Assembly: GCA_963742895.1 (NCBI GenBank)
Contig: CAVUNN010000006.1
Location: forward strand, 9,389 to 73,388
Reading direction: 5' to 3'
Source: Terriglobia bacterium
GTDB taxonomy: Bacteria; Acidobacteriota; Terriglobia; Terriglobales; Acidobacteriaceae
Length of the DNA: 64,000 bases
The translations under genes and the position numbers were made by a program. Positions 27,026-36,051 of this stretch are shown one piece after another (the first letter of the stretch is position 1; every line of letters starts with the position of its first letter). The notes beneath the pieces were generated by a model. That model was not told the origin of the DNA. It saw only the letters and a program-made list of their open reading frames with translations, and did no database searches.

Positions 27026-28408
27026 TTGATGTTGCCCATGCAGTCCATTGCACAAATCGTCGCAGAGGGAATCGTAAGCAGCCTGGTGCTCGGAATGGTA
27101 GTAGCCACGATTGCGTGGCTGCTTGCGCGAGTGCTGCCTTCCGGGAATGCCGGGTTGCGCTTCGCCGTGTGCTTCAGCGCACTGGGAGTAATTGCGCTGC
27201 TTCCCGTAGTGCAGAACGTGATTCAGACGAATGGTGGCGGCGCGCAGGGCGGCGTAAGTGGTCTGCTCGTTTTGCCGGCGGATTGGGCGTGGTATCTGTT
27301 TGGCGTGTGGGCGGTGCTCGCGATCGCCGGCATGATGCGCGTGGGAATCGGCGCACTGCATCTGTGGGGATTGCGAGCGCAGAGCGCTGCAGTTGAGACC
27401 GGGGATTTGGATCCGCTCGTGCGAGCGACGGTCGAGCGCGCCGGAGGACATCGTCGGTTTGAAGTACGCGTATCGGATCAAGTGACAGTGCCGATGGCGA
27501 TCGGGTTCTTCCGTCCGGCGATCGTGTTTCCGCGGAACCTGCTTAGTGAGTTAGCACCCGAGCAACTGAATCAGCTGGTGCTGCATGAGTCGACGCACCT
27601 TCTACGGTACGACGACTGGACGAACCTGCTTCAGAAGTTGATGCAGGCAGTGTTGTTCTTCCACCCAGCGGTGTGGTGGCTGGAGAACAAACTGACGCTG
27701 GAACGCGAAATCGCGTGCGACGAAGCTGTGGTTGCCGAGACGCACGATGCGCGGTCTTACGCGGAATGCCTGGCGACGCTGGCGGAAAAGAGAGTACTGC
27801 GGCGTAGCATGGCGCTGGTGCAGGCGGCGGTCAGCAGGTTGCGGCATACGTCGTTCCGCGTCGAGCAAGTGCTGGCGCTGGATAAAGGTAGGCAGAAGCG
27901 CGTCCGCGGATGGGGCGCAGCGGCGAGCGTGGTGGGAGTAATCTCATGCGCGGCGGTGCTGGTGCAGGCTCCCGACCTGGTGAGTTTCCAGAATAAGGTT
28001 GTGTCGGAGAACGAATCAGAAGCGGTGATGCCTCAGGAGTTGGGAGCACGAGTTGTGCCTGCGATGATGAAGCAGGAAGTTCCCCGAGTGATTCCGGCGA
28101 TGATGAAACAGCAAGTGTCGGCAACGGAGGGTGTGCAGGCGAAGAGGGTATCTTCAAAGCGAGCCAAGTTTTCTGCGAATCAGAGCGGGTTTTCGGCGTT
28201 TGAAAAGCGCGATCACAGGAAGGCCCGTGTAGTTATGGCGTCGCGGCGGACGAGTACGCCGGTGCCAGTTTTAATTACAACGACGATGCTGATTGAGAGC
28301 GACCAGCCTGGCGTTCCCAACCAGTTGTGGGTCGTGCGGATGTGGCGCGTCGCGCTCTACTATCCGACGGCAGAGCAGAGCAAGCAAGTTCCCCCAAGAA
28401 AAATTTAG
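27026..28408 (+). CDS. BlaR1-like M56 peptidase/signal transducer (no penicillin-binding sensor domain recognisable)
   Basis: 460 aa with N-terminal TM helices. It has the HExxH zinc motif (LVLHESTHLLRYDDW) followed by FHPAVWWL and EREIACDE, all typical of Peptidase_M56. The C-terminal 170 aa are low-complexity. Confidence 0.8.
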   Translation: MMLPMQSIAQIVAEGIVSSLVLGMVVATIAWLLARVLPSGNAGLRFAVCFSALGVIALLPVVQNVIQTNGGGAQGGVSGLLVLPADWAWYLFGVWAVLAIAGMMRVGIGALHLWGLRAQSAAVETGDLDPLVRATVERAGGHRRFEVRVSDQVTVPMAIGFFRPAIVFPRNLLSELAPEQLNQLVLHESTHLLRYDDWTNLLQKLMQAVLFFHPAVWWLENKLTLEREIACDEAVVAETHDARSYAECLATLAEKRVLRRSMALVQAAVSRLRHTSFRVEQVLALDKGRQKRVRGWGAAASVVGVISCAAVLVQAPDLVSFQNKVVSENESEAVMPQELGARVVPAMMKQEVPRVIPAMMKQQVSATEGVQAKRVSSKRAKFSANQSGFSAFEKRDHRKARVVMASRRTSTPVPVLITTTMLIESDQPGVPNQLWVVRMWRVALYYPTAEQSKQVPPRKI

Positions 28409-28481
28409 TGCGTAAGAAGAGAGATCGACAGCAGCGGTGCAGCAATATCTACTAATTAACTAGTTTAAGGAGCAGAACAAA

Positions 28482-30023
28482 ATGAATTGGATGAGCAAGA
28501 TCAAAGCCAAGGCCTCGCAGAAAGCAATCGTCTCTGTGCTGGCGTTGGCAACAACAGCATCTTTTGGTACCTACGAGATGATCAAGCCAGTCGGTGCACG
28601 GGCAGCAACAGCGGCTCCAGCGGCAGCGGCGCTCGATCCCGACAGCGTGACTGCATTGACGGCGCTCGACCACGCGATGGAAACGGTAGCGGCTCGAGTG
28701 ACACCGGCAATCGTTAACGTCGCCGTGACTTCGAAAGTGAAGGCATCGCCAGTGAGCGGCAATGAAGGCGATGCGGAACAGTTCTTCCAGCGTTTCTTCG
28801 GGCAGGGTGGGCCCGATATGCAGCAGATGCAGCCACGTCCCCAAATCGAGCATGGCATCGGCAGCGGAATCTTGATTTCGCCGGATGGCTACATCGTGAC
28901 GAACAATCACGTGGTTGACGGTGCTACCGAAATTCGCGTGACGATGAATGATCGCAAAACTTATACCGCGAAGTTGATCGGCACCGATCCGCTGACGGAT
29001 CTGGCAGTAATCAAAGTGAATGGCAACGATTTTCCAAGCGTGCCGTGGGGAACTTCCACGGAACTGCGGCCCGGACAGACGGTGTTGGCGTTCGGCAATC
29101 CGTTTGGTTTCCGGTTCACGGTGACGCGTGGAATCGTAAGCGGATTGAATCGACCGAATCCGGATTCGTCGGATCCGCGGCGGCCCGGTGGATTCATACA
29201 GACAGATGCGGCGATCAACCAGGGCAATTCGGGCGGAGCGCTGGTGGATGCGCGCGGACAGGTGATTGGGATTAACACCTTCCTGATCTCGCCGTCGGGC
29301 GCGTTTTCGGGCATGGGATTTGCGATTCCTTCACAGATTGCGAAGCCAGTGGTGGACAGCCTGATCCGCACGGGGAAGGTTGAACACGCTTACATGGGAG
29401 TTGGCATTAGCGACATCACGCCGGAGAATTCGAAGTTCTTCGAGATGAAGAGCAACAACGGCGCGGTAATCACGCAGGTCGAGCCGGATTCCCCCGGAGG
29501 CAAAGCTGGCCTGAAGATTGGCGATGTCGTAACGGCCGTGGACGGACAGGAAGTAACGGATGCCAGCCAGTTGCAGATCGCTATCGGAGCGAAGAAGCCC
29601 GGCACGAAGGTGGAACTCAGCGTTCTGCGCGACGGCAAACAAATCAATGTGCCGGTTACGCTGGAACTGATGGGCAGCCGAGACGGCAATGACAATGCTT
29701 CGGCTGAGAACCAGGGCAAGCCGCGTTGGGGCGTTGGACTGCAGGATCTGAACTCGGACGCACGGCAGGAGTTGCAGATCCCCAATAACATGCAGGGGGC
29801 GGTGGTTGGTAACGTGGTCCCCGGAAGTGCGGCAGATGATGCGGGCCTGCGCCGTGGTGACGTGATCCTGCAGGTGAACCGGAAAGATGTGAAGAGCGCT
29901 GCCGATGTCAAGCAGGCCCTCTCGTCGATCCCGAAAGGCCAGGATGCACTGGTGCTGGTGTGGGCGAATGGCGGAAATAGTTTCCGCGTTCTGCATGCGC
30001 CGACCGAGCAGCCACAAGGCTAA
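28482..30023 (+). CDS. HtrA/DegP-family periplasmic serine protease with two PDZ domains
   Basis: 513 aa with a signal sequence. It has the catalytic triad context (TNNHVV; DLAVIKV; GNSGGALVD) and two PDZ-like regions (GLKIGDVVTAVDG; GLRRGDVILQVN). Confidence 0.9.
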   Translation: MNWMSKIKAKASQKAIVSVLALATTASFGTYEMIKPVGARAATAAPAAAALDPDSVTALTALDHAMETVAARVTPAIVNVAVTSKVKASPVSGNEGDAEQFFQRFFGQGGPDMQQMQPRPQIEHGIGSGILISPDGYIVTNNHVVDGATEIRVTMNDRKTYTAKLIGTDPLTDLAVIKVNGNDFPSVPWGTSTELRPGQTVLAFGNPFGFRFTVTRGIVSGLNRPNPDSSDPRRPGGFIQTDAAINQGNSGGALVDARGQVIGINTFLISPSGAFSGMGFAIPSQIAKPVVDSLIRTGKVEHAYMGVGISDITPENSKFFEMKSNNGAVITQVEPDSPGGKAGLKIGDVVTAVDGQEVTDASQLQIAIGAKKPGTKVELSVLRDGKQINVPVTLELMGSRDGNDNASAENQGKPRWGVGLQDLNSDARQELQIPNNMQGAVVGNVVPGSAADDAGLRRGDVILQVNRKDVKSAADVKQALSSIPKGQDALVLVWANGGNSFRVLHAPTEQPQG

Positions 30024-30042
30024 GCGCAAGTTGGATTGAGTG

Positions 30043-30078
30043 GCCCTTCGTGCCTGCGGGTGCGAAGGGTTTTTTTTG
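30043..30078 (+). terminator. Rho-independent terminator after the protease gene
   Basis: gcccttcg-tgcctgcgggtg-cgaagggt stem followed by a T8 run. Confidence 0.7.
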
Positions 30079-30404
30079 TGGCGCAGGGTGAGTGTAGAAT
30101 CGCGAATCGGGAGATCGATCTGAAGATCTTGCAGAAAATCCTGGCCGCGGTTGTGGTGCTGGTGGCCGTTACTTACGCTGGAGACTATCTGCAACTGCGC
30201 TATCGAGTGTGGCGCAATGCTGGTCCTTTCGGGACAGTGCAGGTAGAGCGGTACTACGCCGTGCACGAAAAAAATAACAAGGTCGAGTTCATGTTTCCGC
30301 ACGAAACGCAGAACCAGGACTGCGTCCACTCTTTGTTTCCGCACATGGGAGATTCACCATGCTGGTATCTGAACCGCCATCGAGAACAGCGGATCGATAT
30401 ATAG
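30078..30404 (+). CDS. Hypothetical small membrane-anchored protein (start uncertain)
   Basis: ORF 30036..30404 begins inside the upstream terminator, so an in-frame GTG (30078) or TTG (30129) start is more plausible. It has one TM helix (ILAAVVVLVAVTYAG). No family recognised. Confidence 0.3.
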   Translation: MAQGECRIANREIDLKILQKILAAVVVLVAVTYAGDYLQLRYRVWRNAGPFGTVQVERYYAVHEKNNKVEFMFPHETQNQDCVHSLFPHMGDSPCWYLNRHREQRIDI

Positions 30405-30500
30405 CAACCGATTTGTGACTGTAACCTTTCGTGCTGCGTTTTTGCGCTCCGGCGGTCAACTCTTTTCCGTGCTCCAGCAATCCAAGAAGTCGGAGCAGAT

Positions 30501-31043
30501 ATGAAGAAGAGATTGGCGGGAGTGTCCACTCTGCTAGTGGCGTTTTTGATCGTGCACGCAGTTAGTAGTTTCGCGCAAGATGTAAACGTCGATTACGACC
30601 ATCATGCGAACTTCGAACGCTACCATACGTATTCGTGGAAGATGGTGAAGACTCCGAATACGATCTGGGATCAACGAGTACAGGATGCCGTCAACCAGCA
30701 ATTGCAAAAGAAAGGATGGCAATTGGTTCCGTCGGGCGGGGATGCAGTGCTGTCCGCGATTGGAACGACACAGCAACATACGGAGCTCCAGACGTTCTAT
30801 AACGGGCCAGGATGGGGCGGTTGGGGCTGGGGCGGCGGCTTCGGAACGGCGACAACAACTCCGCAACAGTACAACGTTGGAACGCTGGTGGTCGACATGT
30901 TCGATCCGAACACAAAGCAACTGATCTGGCGCGGCGTGGCGCAAGACACGCTGTCCGATAAGCCGAGCAAGAATACTGAAAAGTTGAATAAAGCAGTAGA
31001 CAAGATGCTCAAGAATTTCCCGCCGAAGGAGAAAGAGAAATAG
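30501..31043 (+). CDS. DUF4136-family lipoprotein-like protein
   Basis: 180 aa with a signal peptide. The YHTYSW...V..Q..KKGW..V...GD..L and GTLVVDMFD...KQLIWRG pattern is typical of DUF4136. It carries an internal GWGGWGWGGGFG tract. Confidence 0.7.
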   Translation: MKKRLAGVSTLLVAFLIVHAVSSFAQDVNVDYDHHANFERYHTYSWKMVKTPNTIWDQRVQDAVNQQLQKKGWQLVPSGGDAVLSAIGTTQQHTELQTFYNGPGWGGWGWGGGFGTATTTPQQYNVGTLVVDMFDPNTKQLIWRGVAQDTLSDKPSKNTEKLNKAVDKMLKNFPPKEKEK

Positions 31044-31260
31044 GTACGTCGCTGGCCAGGTTGCCAGGCGCCTCGCCTGGTGCCTGCTCATTTGCTGTCG
31101 TACTCTCGTCGTCTCACTCCAACCATCATCCATCCCGCGAAACGACCTATCCGTCTCAGTTGATCAGACGTTAGGCAATGGTGCACGTCTTCAGAGCAGG
31201 CAGTTTGCTTGGAGGCGGTTATGAAGTGCGTCTGCAAGATCCCTTCTTCCAAATCTCAGA

Positions 31261-32286
31261 ATGTTGATGCTGCTTGGATTCGGCCTTGTGTGCGCTGGAT
31301 CAGGCATGGGACAGAGCAATGATTTCAGAAGAGATATGGTTTCAGCTCTGCAAGGGAATATAGAAGCGGAACTGAGAATTGCGAGCGCCTATCAACGTGG
31401 TGATGGAATCACCATGGATTCAAAGCAAGCTGTCCAGTGGTACGCGAAGGCGGCCGGCTCAGGAAATCCGGAAGCTGCGGTGCACTACGGCGTGATGTTG
31501 TACCGAGGCGAAGGGACTGAGAGAGATTTGCAAAAGGCCTTCCAGTGGTTCCAGCGAGCTGCCCTCGAGAAATTGCCAGAAGCGATGAATGACGTGGCAC
31601 TGATGTATTTTCGCGGTGAAGGAGTAACGCGCGATCCGGTGGAAGGAGTGAAGTGGATGAAGCGCGCGGCAGACATGGGATTTGTGCCAGCGAAGGCCCA
31701 ACTTGGAGTGGCGTATTGGGATGGCGTCGGAACTGAGCGCAATCGGGACGAGGCGATCAAATTGTTCCGTGAGGCAGCGCGCAAGCATAATCCCGCGGCA
31801 ATGTTCGGCCTGGGCTGCGCCTACGATCTTGGCAGTGGAGTGCCGCAGGACTACAAAGAGGCAGCAAAGTACTATCGGACGGCAGCGCAAGAAGGGCATA
31901 GGGAGTCGATGAATAATCTCGGACTCCTTTATGAGCATGGGCACGGAGTAAACGCCGACGGGAAAGAAGCAATGAAGCTGTATCTGCAGGCCGCGAATCT
32001 CGGGAACGTCCAAGCGGCGGGGAATCTCGCGCGCGGGTATGCGTCAGGTCTGGGTGGCGCGAGAGACGATGTGGCCGCCAGCATGTGGCTGATCGTTGCA
32101 GCACGAGAAGACGAGGAATTTGTTCCAGCCACTGAACACACCCGGAAAATGGTTGGTGAAGCGAAATGGATGGAAGCTGAGAGCCGGGCAGCGTTGAAGT
32201 ACGAAGAAATCAGGAAATTAGGTCCTCAGCAATCGTTGCTGGGCAACTTGCCGAAGAGCGGCGAATTGATGGCGCAGCAGCGGTGA
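31261..32286 (+). CDS. Sel1-repeat (SLR/TPR-like) protein
   Basis: 341 aa with at least 7 tandem 36-aa repeats of the form A..WY.KAA..G...A...LG..Y..G.GV..D...A. Confidence 0.8.
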   Translation: MLMLLGFGLVCAGSGMGQSNDFRRDMVSALQGNIEAELRIASAYQRGDGITMDSKQAVQWYAKAAGSGNPEAAVHYGVMLYRGEGTERDLQKAFQWFQRAALEKLPEAMNDVALMYFRGEGVTRDPVEGVKWMKRAADMGFVPAKAQLGVAYWDGVGTERNRDEAIKLFREAARKHNPAAMFGLGCAYDLGSGVPQDYKEAAKYYRTAAQEGHRESMNNLGLLYEHGHGVNADGKEAMKLYLQAANLGNVQAAGNLARGYASGLGGARDDVAASMWLIVAAREDEEFVPATEHTRKMVGEAKWMEAESRAALKYEEIRKLGPQQSLLGNLPKSGELMAQQR

Positions 32287-32343
32287 AACGTCATTTCTGT
32301 GATTGAAACCGTGCGCGGGCGATGGGCGCCCGCGCCACAAACG

Positions 32344-33132
32344 TTAAGCGCGACGTTTTTCGGCAACGTTGGGAGAGCGCTGCAGGAAGTTCTGAATGCG
32401 ATCGCGAAAACCGCGGCTGAGAGATAGTTCCTTCCCATTGCGAAGCACGACGATGAACTCGCCATTGTTGCAGGGTTGAAGCTCTTTAATCTTTGCCAGA
32501 TTCACGATGGTAGACCGGTGAATACGGATAAAGCGCGACGCATCGAGACGTCCCTCGAAGGAATTCATGGTTTCGCGCATATAGTAGCCTTCGGTTCCGG
32601 CGTGGATGTGAACGTAGTTCGCAGCCGCCTCAACCCAATCGATCTCTTCTAATTTTAAAAAGACGACCTTGCCGCCGGACTTAATGACCAGGCGATCGCC
32701 TTCGGTCGTTGCGGGACGTGCTTCTTCAAGCGCGGCAAGCAGACGCTCGGCGAGATCTTTGCTACGCAGGTTCTCGAGATGAGTTCGGGCGCGTTGTAAC
32801 GCGCGGCGGAAGCGCTCTTCGTCAAACGGCTTCAGCAGGTAGTCGAGCGCATGAGCCTCGAAAGCCTGGATCGCATAGTGATCGTAGGCAGTCGTAAAGA
32901 TAATGACAGGAGTTGCGTCGGGCGGAATCTCGCGAAGAATTCCGAGGCCGTCGATCTCCGGCATCTCGATGTCGAGGAACGCAAGATCCGGCTTGCTGTG
33001 TTTGATGGACGTAACGGTCTCGAGACCATCACGACATTGAGAAACGATTTGGACGTCACTCTCGGAAGAAAGCAGGCGAGTGATGCGTTCCCTGGCTAAT
33101 GGTTCGTCGTCAGCAATGAGCGCTCGTATCAT
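32344..33132 (-). CDS. LytR/AlgR-family response regulator (receiver + LytTR DNA-binding domain)
   Basis: 262 aa. It has a receiver domain (IRALIADDEP...DLAFLDIEMPEIDG...LLKPF) and a LytTR domain (I.WVEAAANYVHIH....Y..R.T...E..L....F.RIHRS.IVN). Confidence 0.9.
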   Translation of the reverse strand: MIRALIADDEPLARERITRLLSSESDVQIVSQCRDGLETVTSIKHSKPDLAFLDIEMPEIDGLGILREIPPDATPVIIFTTAYDHYAIQAFEAHALDYLLKPFDEERFRRALQRARTHLENLRSKDLAERLLAALEEARPATTEGDRLVIKSGGKVVFLKLEEIDWVEAAANYVHIHAGTEGYYMRETMNSFEGRLDASRFIRIHRSTIVNLAKIKELQPCNNGEFIVVLRNGKELSLSRGFRDRIQNFLQRSPNVAEKRRA

Positions 33133-34292
33133 GAGGGCACCCGATGTGGTATTGGACGAACGGTATTGAGAAACGTCACCACCGGTTCGGATACCGGGAG
33201 CGATTCGGGCGAAACGTGGTAGGGAATGGTGATCTGAACTTCAAAGCCACCAGTTTCTGGCTGGCGGATATCGAGGCGCTGCGCGTCTCCGTACATCTGT
33301 TGGAGGCGAGTACGAGTGTTATTCAGCCCGACGCCGAAATTCGCGCTCGGTGGTGGAGAGGGGGAACGGCCGGGACCATCGTCCCGCAGAAGTATTTCAA
33401 GGTTTCCACCGTTCTTTGATGAGCGAACCAGAATAGTGCCAGGACCGGCGCGACGCGCGATGCCATGGCGCACAGAGTTCTCCACCAGAGGTTGAAGAAT
33501 CATGTTCGGCACCATTGCGTCCAGAGTTTCAGGCGTGAGGTCCATGGCAACAGTGAGGCGATCGCGAAAGCGGGTCCGCTCGATTTCCAGATAGCCTTGC
33601 AGGAAGTCGATTTCAGCTTTCAGAGTGACTTCCTGGACGCCGGTATTTTCGAGCGTAAGGCGTAGAAGTTCGCTCAGTCGCGCAATGACGCGATCGGCTG
33701 CGGTCACGTCCTGATGCATAAGCTCCGAAATGGAATGTAGGGTATTGAAAAGAAAATGCGGATGAAGCTGCATTTTCAGGGCTTGCAGGTGCGCGCGAGC
33801 GAGCTGTGCTTCAAGCGCCGAAGCTTGGATTTCACGATCCTTTGCCTTCCGGTAATAGAGGAACGCAAAACAAATGAAAGCCACCGCCCAATAGTTGGTG
33901 ATGTAGTCGAAACCATCGGCGTAGAAGTAGCCTTTGAAAAGTGCCCAGCCCATTACCTCGGTTGAGGATGGATAAACGAACCGATTGAGCGGAAGATGGA
34001 GAACGCATATGCCTGTCGCAAGAAGGATCGAAAATCCCAGGTGGACGAGAAAACGGCGGCGCCAGTTGCGCCGATCGATCGGATATCGATTCGCCAGGAA
34101 AATAACGATGGGAGTGGCGATTAATCCCCACATCAGGAAGTAGTCAACGAACGGTAGGCGCGCCGCCTCGATCCAGGGCCGGGGCTTGCCGTACTCGCGC
34201 CACATTTCAAAAAGAAACGTGGTTTCAACGGTGGACAAGAGTGCCCAAATAAAAGCTCCGATGCCCCACTTCATAATAGCTGTAATGCGCAT
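33129..34292 (-). CDS. LytS/YehU-type sensor histidine kinase
   Basis: 387 aa with an N-terminal polytopic membrane domain. It has the His_kinase H-box (LKMQLHPHFLFNTLHSI) and an HATPase region (ILQPLVENSVRHG...GVGLNNTRTRL). A 4-nt ATGA overlap joins it to the regulator gene. Confidence 0.85.
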   Translation of the reverse strand: MRITAIMKWGIGAFIWALLSTVETTFLFEMWREYGKPRPWIEAARLPFVDYFLMWGLIATPIVIFLANRYPIDRRNWRRRFLVHLGFSILLATGICVLHLPLNRFVYPSSTEVMGWALFKGYFYADGFDYITNYWAVAFICFAFLYYRKAKDREIQASALEAQLARAHLQALKMQLHPHFLFNTLHSISELMHQDVTAADRVIARLSELLRLTLENTGVQEVTLKAEIDFLQGYLEIERTRFRDRLTVAMDLTPETLDAMVPNMILQPLVENSVRHGIARRAGPGTILVRSSKNGGNLEILLRDDGPGRSPSPPPSANFGVGLNNTRTRLQQMYGDAQRLDIRQPETGGFEVQITIPYHVSPESLPVSEPVVTFLNTVRPIPHRVPS

Positions 34293-34508
34293 AACTCTCT
34301 CCGACCGATCAACCTTTTGCGATCTTACGATTTGAGCATGGTTGCGGGTTGGCGTGAACTGGTGCCGGCGAGTGGTGTACTATTTTCGTCCCATAATTTC
34401 AACTGCTCATCCCAGACTTATTGCTGAATGTACAAGTCAAGCTCAGAATCGGGAGACTGGCGGGTTCCGGGAGTCAGTGGGAGAACCTGCAAGAATGCTG
34501 GGGTGATT

Positions 34509-35024
34509 ATGCGCAAACTGGCGTTAGCTCTCCTCTTCGTCCTTAGCTGCCACTTGCTGGTGGCTACACAGGCGAATGCTCTTGATCGCTCAACGACTCG
34601 GGCCCCCAGACATGCGCGCCTTGCGATTGCAACTAAGTCGCGTTGGGTGCCGATGGTCGGCGATTCGCATTTCAAGATTGCCGACAACATGATCGCGACT
34701 CTCTTCGTGGAGAAGGGATCGCTGGTGGAATACAAACAAACCGGAATTTGGCCGCAGAACAGTTCCTTCCTCTTGAGATTGAAACAGGTGCCGGCCGCAG
34801 AGAGCGATGCCACGAATCCGCAGCGAACGCTAGTCGTTGACATTGCGTACAAGAACAATCCGGCGACACAACAGTGGGAATCGTACGCCGTGAGTTGGAG
34901 ATATGACGTCGCCAGTAATAACGGAAAGAGTCCGACGAGCTATCGTTGTAAGGCTCTGCATGGGGGGTGCAGCCAGAGACCGGCGGAGGACACATCGGAA
35001 ACTGGTGGCCCGGATTTCCTGTAA
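34509..35024 (+). CDS. Hypothetical secreted protein
   Basis: ORF 34428..35024, with a likely start at MRKLALALLFVLSCHLLVATQANA (signal peptide). No family recognised. Confidence 0.4.
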   Translation: MRKLALALLFVLSCHLLVATQANALDRSTTRAPRHARLAIATKSRWVPMVGDSHFKIADNMIATLFVEKGSLVEYKQTGIWPQNSSFLLRLKQVPAAESDATNPQRTLVVDIAYKNNPATQQWESYAVSWRYDVASNNGKSPTSYRCKALHGGCSQRPAEDTSETGGPDFL

Positions 35025-35058
35025 CTCACAAATTTTTAGGGCGAAATCCGAAGAAAAT

Positions 35059-36051
35059 TTAGCGCAACGATCCTGACCACGGAGACGCAAGACGTCCTGT
35101 CTGGAAGAGTGCGAGTTGGTGGTTGTGTACACGATTTACGCCGTCGAGCAATTCGGTGCGCGGAAGCGGCGTCTCATTCGGCCAAACGATGGATCGGAAC
35201 TGCAAACCGGCGGGCTGCTGCGAGCGTACGGTACTCTGCGACGAAATCAATCGTAAATGACGTTTAGCGATTTGCCGGAAGACGCCGATCAAACCAGCTA
35301 CGCTGGTCTCGCTGCCCGAACCGAAAATCTTGATGACGTGTTGGCCGCCATTCGGAGCCTCGCGGTGGAGTCGCTGCATTCCCGCTACGATACGTGTCGC
35401 AGCATCTTCAACGAAAAGATAGTCGCGGATCGTATCCAGCGGCACGAAGATGCGCACGGGAACACTGAATATTAAACAACGGGACATGTGGGAGATGAGT
35501 CCCTGCGGCTTCTCGAGATGCTGGCCGGGGCCGTACAGATTCGAGAGACGGGCTATGAGCGTAGACACGTCAGGTAGTGCGCGTACCCAATCACGCAGGA
35601 TCTCTTCATGCGCAAGTTTCGTGCGACCATAGTCTGAAATCGGATGCGGGATCGTAGCTTCAGTTAGCGGTCTTCCGGCGCTTCCTGCGTAAACACCACC
35701 TGCGCTGCTGGCTAGAAAAAAATGGCCGGCAACTGCCGAAGGCAAATTTGCAATAGCGTCGCTGAGTTGATCCAGAAAGAAGCGGAGCGTAGCCGTCTCG
35801 GCAGCGAATTGTTCCGCAGAGGTTCCAACCACGCCTGCTCCGGCGCACCAATAGATGTTCCACGAAGTCGCCTTCTCAGAAAGCAGATGAAGTCGGAACT
35901 GTTGCATGGCATCGGCGATTGCTTCGCGCAATTCGGAAGGATCCTGCCACGGAAAGAGATATTCAGGATGCCACACGGGAGTAGTGATAGCCCGCTCTAC
36001 CGCTGAACCCAGCATACCGCCGCGGCCAATCACCCAGGAAAGCGTGCTCAC
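35059..36051 (-). CDS. NAD-dependent epimerase/dehydratase (extended SDR)
   Basis: Part of ORF 35059..36480. A GTG start at 36051 overlaps the upstream TGA (GTGA). It has the Rossmann motif WVIGRGGMLGSAV and the catalytic YxxxK (SDYGRTKLAHE). Confidence 0.7.
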   Translation of the reverse strand: MSTLSWVIGRGGMLGSAVERAITTPVWHPEYLFPWQDPSELREAIADAMQQFRLHLLSEKATSWNIYWCAGAGVVGTSAEQFAAETATLRFFLDQLSDAIANLPSAVAGHFFLASSAGGVYAGSAGRPLTEATIPHPISDYGRTKLAHEEILRDWVRALPDVSTLIARLSNLYGPGQHLEKPQGLISHMSRCLIFSVPVRIFVPLDTIRDYLFVEDAATRIVAGMQRLHREAPNGGQHVIKIFGSGSETSVAGLIGVFRQIAKRHLRLISSQSTVRSQQPAGLQFRSIVWPNETPLPRTELLDGVNRVHNHQLALFQTGRLASPWSGSLR

